A stretch of DNA of 41,701 bases from Promethearchaeota archaeon (GTDB taxonomy: Archaea > Asgardarchaeota > Lokiarchaeia > Sigyniarchaeales > SOKP01): positions 1 to 41,701 of the forward strand of contig JBHLOC010000042.1 in assembly GCA_048940925.1 (NCBI GenBank), read 5' to 3'. A program made the position numbers and the translations under genes. The notes below the pieces were generated by a model. It searched no databases. It saw only the letters and a program-made list of their open reading frames with translations, and was not told where the DNA came from. Of this stretch, positions 38,622-41,701 are shown one piece after another. Each line of letters begins with the position of its first letter. Position 1 is the first letter of the stretch.

Positions 38622-39491
38622 CTATTGTAAAAATTTATCCAAACCAGTTTGACCTTTTGGATAAATTCCTGACTTTTTCTTAATATTTAAAATATTTACC
38701 TTCTCAGGTGAATTTCTAGGCTTAACATTTAATTCTTTCATTAACATTAAAGAATTCTTAACAGCATAACCTGAAAAATGGTTATTAAAATAAATGCCTA
38801 TTTTACCTACATTTTTAATAACTTTTCTTATTTCTTGAGCCCAACTTTTTATTTCTTCTTCTTTAAAGAAATAATCAAACCAAATTTCTTTACCAAAACC
38901 ATGAAATCGAATATATGCAAAATCAGGATTTGTTATATCCATTCTAGGAGGCAATAAAGGCTCTATAACGGCGCAATATGTCAAAGAATTCTCTCTTAAA
39001 TAATTAAATATTTCTTTATTCATCCAAGATTTATGTCTAAACTCGACAACTAAATTATATTTGTCATTTTTCGGATCTCCTGGCCAATGCTCTATGAATT
39101 CCTTTAAATTTTGAAAGTTCTCTTTCTTATTAAATGAAGGTGGTAATTGAATTAAAAAAGCTATTAGTTTATTTGCATTAATCAATGGTTCCATCGCATT
39201 TAAATAAAGTTCCAAATCATCCAAACATAAATTAATATCTAACTTAGCTTCATGGCTAACTTTTTGAGGTATTTTTGCTGAAAACAAGAAATTGTTTGGA
39301 GTATTTTTAGCCCAATTTTTTACTACCCACTTTGAAGGTATATTATAAAATGTAGTGTTAATTTCATTAGTATAAAAAATTTCTGAATAAAAAAAAAGAA
39401 AATCTTCTGGCTTTAGATTTTTAGGATAAAATGGCCCTACCCATTCATCATAGCCCCATCCAGAAGTCCCGATTAAAACATTTTTAATCAT
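38622..39491 (-). CDS. DUF72-family protein
   Basis: IGTSGW.Y..W.G.FYP, EINTTFY, QLPPSF, EFRHKSW, YIRFHG, YFNN. Confidence 0.93.
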   Translation of the reverse strand: MIKNVLIGTSGWGYDEWVGPFYPKNLKPEDFLFFYSEIFYTNEINTTFYNIPSKWVVKNWAKNTPNNFLFSAKIPQKVSHEAKLDINLCLDDLELYLNAMEPLINANKLIAFLIQLPPSFNKKENFQNLKEFIEHWPGDPKNDKYNLVVEFRHKSWMNKEIFNYLRENSLTYCAVIEPLLPPRMDITNPDFAYIRFHGFGKEIWFDYFFKEEEIKSWAQEIRKVIKNVGKIGIYFNNHFSGYAVKNSLMLMKELNVKPRNSPEKVNILNIKKKSGIYPKGQTGLDKFLQ

Positions 39492-39739
39492 TTTTCACTT
39501 AATATCTCAAACTTGTTATGAAGAATATTTTCAAATCATTATTACTTATTGCTAATAATTTATGTTATTCCAATTTAATCTTTAAAATTTACTTAATTTT
39601 CTGATTTCTTTTTCTATTCTATTCTAACAAATAATTTTTAACAGCTTAATTTATGAAAATCTTAATTATTAATTCGTAAATGAAAGTTTATGAAATCTGA
39701 CCATAAAATTTTTAATATAATATTTACTCTAATATTTCG

Positions 39740-39976
39740 TCGAATGTACTTTTACACTCGATAATTATTGGTGAATAAATATCTCATCCAAACGGATGAT
39801 ATACACCTTTAATTGGCAACGGTCTTGTAGAAGTATACTTTAAGAGGAGAAACATGCGAGAAATTGATTTCTGATGTATGCATTTTATTGAATTCTTTAT
39901 TACGGCGCATGGATTACCCTATGACTAAAGTATTACAGGAAGCAATAAACCAAGCCAAGCATGAAAAATCATGCTC
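39740..39976 (-). ncRNA. Candidate structured non-coding RNA divergent from the 23S gene (alternatively an rRNA leader)
   Basis: At least five stems in ~240 nt; the non-Watson-Crick positions are G-U on the minus strand but A-C on the plus strand; TATA-like box at 39995-40003. Confidence 0.4.
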
Positions 39977-39994
39977 ATAAGAACATACTCCCTA

Positions 39995-40003
39995 TTTATA
40001 TAA
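39995..40003. promoter_or_regulatory. TATA-box-like element usable in either direction (23S and/or divergent RNA)
   Basis: TTTATATAA within near-palindromic CCTATTTATATAAGG, ~90 nt before the 23S start. Confidence 0.5.
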
Positions 40004-40092
40004 GGCTTATTGTCAATCGTCTTAAATTATTAATTACCAATATCGAAAATGCAATCCCTTAGGCAAGCAATCTGAATCTTTCCTTAATTAGA

Positions 40093-41701
40093 CGCCAATA
40101 CGCCTCCGCTATTTGGTGGATATCTTGGCTTGGGCACCGAAGAAGAGCGTGACAAGCTGCGATAAGCTCGGGTTAGTCGCATGAAGACGCTGACCCCGAG
40201 ATGCTCGAATAGGACATCCGCTTGCGGCCTAATAATCCGCAAGATTCCCGATAGGGAAGGGGAACCCTGAGAAGTAAAACATTTTAGTATCAGGAGGAAA
40301 AGAAAACAATAGTGATTCCGTGAGTAACGGCGAGCGAAAGCGGAATAGATCAAACCGAATCCCTAGGGAAACCTATGGGAAATGTGGTGTGTGGGCCTTG
40401 TACGACCTAACTAGAAAAGATGAATACTCCTGAAAAGTTGAGCCATAGAGCGTGATAGCCGCGTAATCGTAATCTAGAAGGTTGCTGCGAGTGTCCCCGA
40501 GTAGTGCGGGATGGTTTTCTCGTACGAATGTGCCAGATACACGCTGGCAAATCTAAATATGTCCCAAGACCGATAGAGAAATAGTAGCGTGAGCGAAAGA
40601 TGAAAAGTAACCCGGAAGGGCTGTGAAAAGTGCTTGAAACCAAATAGCTTAATAAGGATGCAGCCTGAAAGGATAGATTCTACATGAATGAGTTCTGGTG
40701 ACAGAATATCATAATGTAGAGGACTAGGGTTGCATCATCAGTCTGGAATCATTGGCCAGGGAGTTTATAGTAGTGGCAAGCTTAAGTGGATCACCCACGA
40801 AGGCGTAGGGAAACCAATATTCCTGCAGCCTAACTATCACATTAGGAAGATCTACTCGTTAATGAGTGGTTCTGCCATTCTGAAAACTTGTAGTGAATCC
40901 TTCTAAGGGGTTAGGTCAGAGGAATGGTCTTAAAGGGCCAAGAGTCTCTGCTATAATACCCGAAGCCGGTCGATCTATTCCTGGTCAAGATGAAGTCGTT
41001 CGAAAGGGCGATGGAGGTCTGCACCAGTGCTGACGTGCAATTCGCTTGGATGAACTGGGAATAGGAGCAAAAGGCTAATCTAGACCGGTGATAGCTGGTT
41101 CTCCCCGAAGTTGGTATCAGCCAAGTCTCAGACGAGGTCGCCAGTGGCGTAGAGCACTAATTGTGTGGTACGGGGGAGAGATCCCTCGCCTCGCTCTTAA
41201 ACTCCGAAACTGCTGGCACTTAAGACTCTGGGAAACGGGTTGGTGGGCGTAAAGTCCATCGCCGAGAAGGGAACAACCTAGACTTGGGTTAAGGTCCCTA
41301 AGTGCAGGTTAAGTGTTAAACTGAAGGGCGTTATATTTCTAAGACAGCAAAAGGATAGGTATAGAAGTAGCCATTCCCTAACGAGTGTGTAACAACTCAT
41401 TTGCCGAGAAATATAGCCCCGAAAATGGACGGGGCTTAAATCTGCCACCGAGACCCAAGAGCACGGGTGGAAGAATCCCGTGATCTGGTAGGGGAGCGTC
41501 CAGGTTGGGCAGAAGCAGGTGCGTGAGTTCCTGTGGACCGGCCTGGAGTGAAAATCCTGGTAATAGTAAAAGCATAGATGGGTTAGAATCCCATCCGCCG
41601 AAAGGGCAAGGGTTTCTTTGCAATGCGTCGTCAGCGAAGAGTTAGTCGATCCTAAGCGCACCCTTAACTGGTATGCGCGAAAGGGAAACAGGTTTATATT
41701 C
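40093..41701 (+). rRNA. rrl: 23S rRNA, 5' portion (runs off the window; 5' end approximate)
   Basis: Conserved LSU motifs GGTGGAT, CAAGCTGCGATAAG, GAAAAGAAA, ACCGATAG, TAGCTGGTTCTCCCCGAA, TAAGGTCCCTAA, GTAACAACTCA; sharp GC rise. Confidence 0.99.

Noticed and set aside
39811-39817. GCCAATT (minus strand) complementary to the conserved archaeal 16S AAUUGGC near the central pseudoknot, suggesting a U3-like role
   Set aside because: Seven nucleotides is within chance expectation and no C/D box architecture was identified.
39905-39956. SRP Alu-like look (CC-TGTAA followed by a TACTTT/AGGGTA hairpin) in the candidate ncRNA
   Set aside because: No helix-8 SRP54-binding motif or long helix 5 found; the putative helix 3 has only 2 bp.
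40084-41661. Four minus-strand ORFs in the last 1.6 kb
   Set aside because: Antisense to 23S rRNA; open only because of higher GC.
1-41701. CRISPR arrays, transposases, integrases, tandem repeats
   Set aside because: None seen by eye; highly diverged repeats could have been missed.

Overview
AT-rich archaeal chromosomal segment, very likely from an Asgard archaeon of the Lokiarchaeia type. The evidence is a profilin, a Rab-like small GTPase, a RING-finger protein, a Get3-type ATPase, RPA1/RPA2-like subunits and an enlarged ES9 in the 23S rRNA. Most genes are housekeeping: translation and ribosome biogenesis (aIF1, aIF2-beta, aRF1, NMD3, RIO1, KH/Dim2), transcription (TFB, Rpo12), FtsZ, the archaeal CoA route (PoK, PPS, KPR) and proteasome chaperones. 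There are five tRNA genes, four of which carry seven introns in total, and the 5' part of a 23S rRNA gene with no 16S gene upstream. Two real genes are absent from the ORF track: aIF1/SUI1 and Rpo12. The main observations are: (1) aIF1/SUI1 has no in-frame ATG/GTG/TTG before its conserved N-terminus and appears to start at ATT, suggesting infC/eIF1-like autoregulation of start-codon fidelity; (2) tRNA-Leu(CAA) has its whole anticodon on a 5-nt micro-exon between two introns; (3) an MccB/E1-like ThiF enzyme lies upstream of an isolated micro-ORF (MRKLFRGGTGLP); (4) a candidate ~240-nt structured ncRNA is divergent from the 23S gene. All calls come from reading the sequence; no searches were run.
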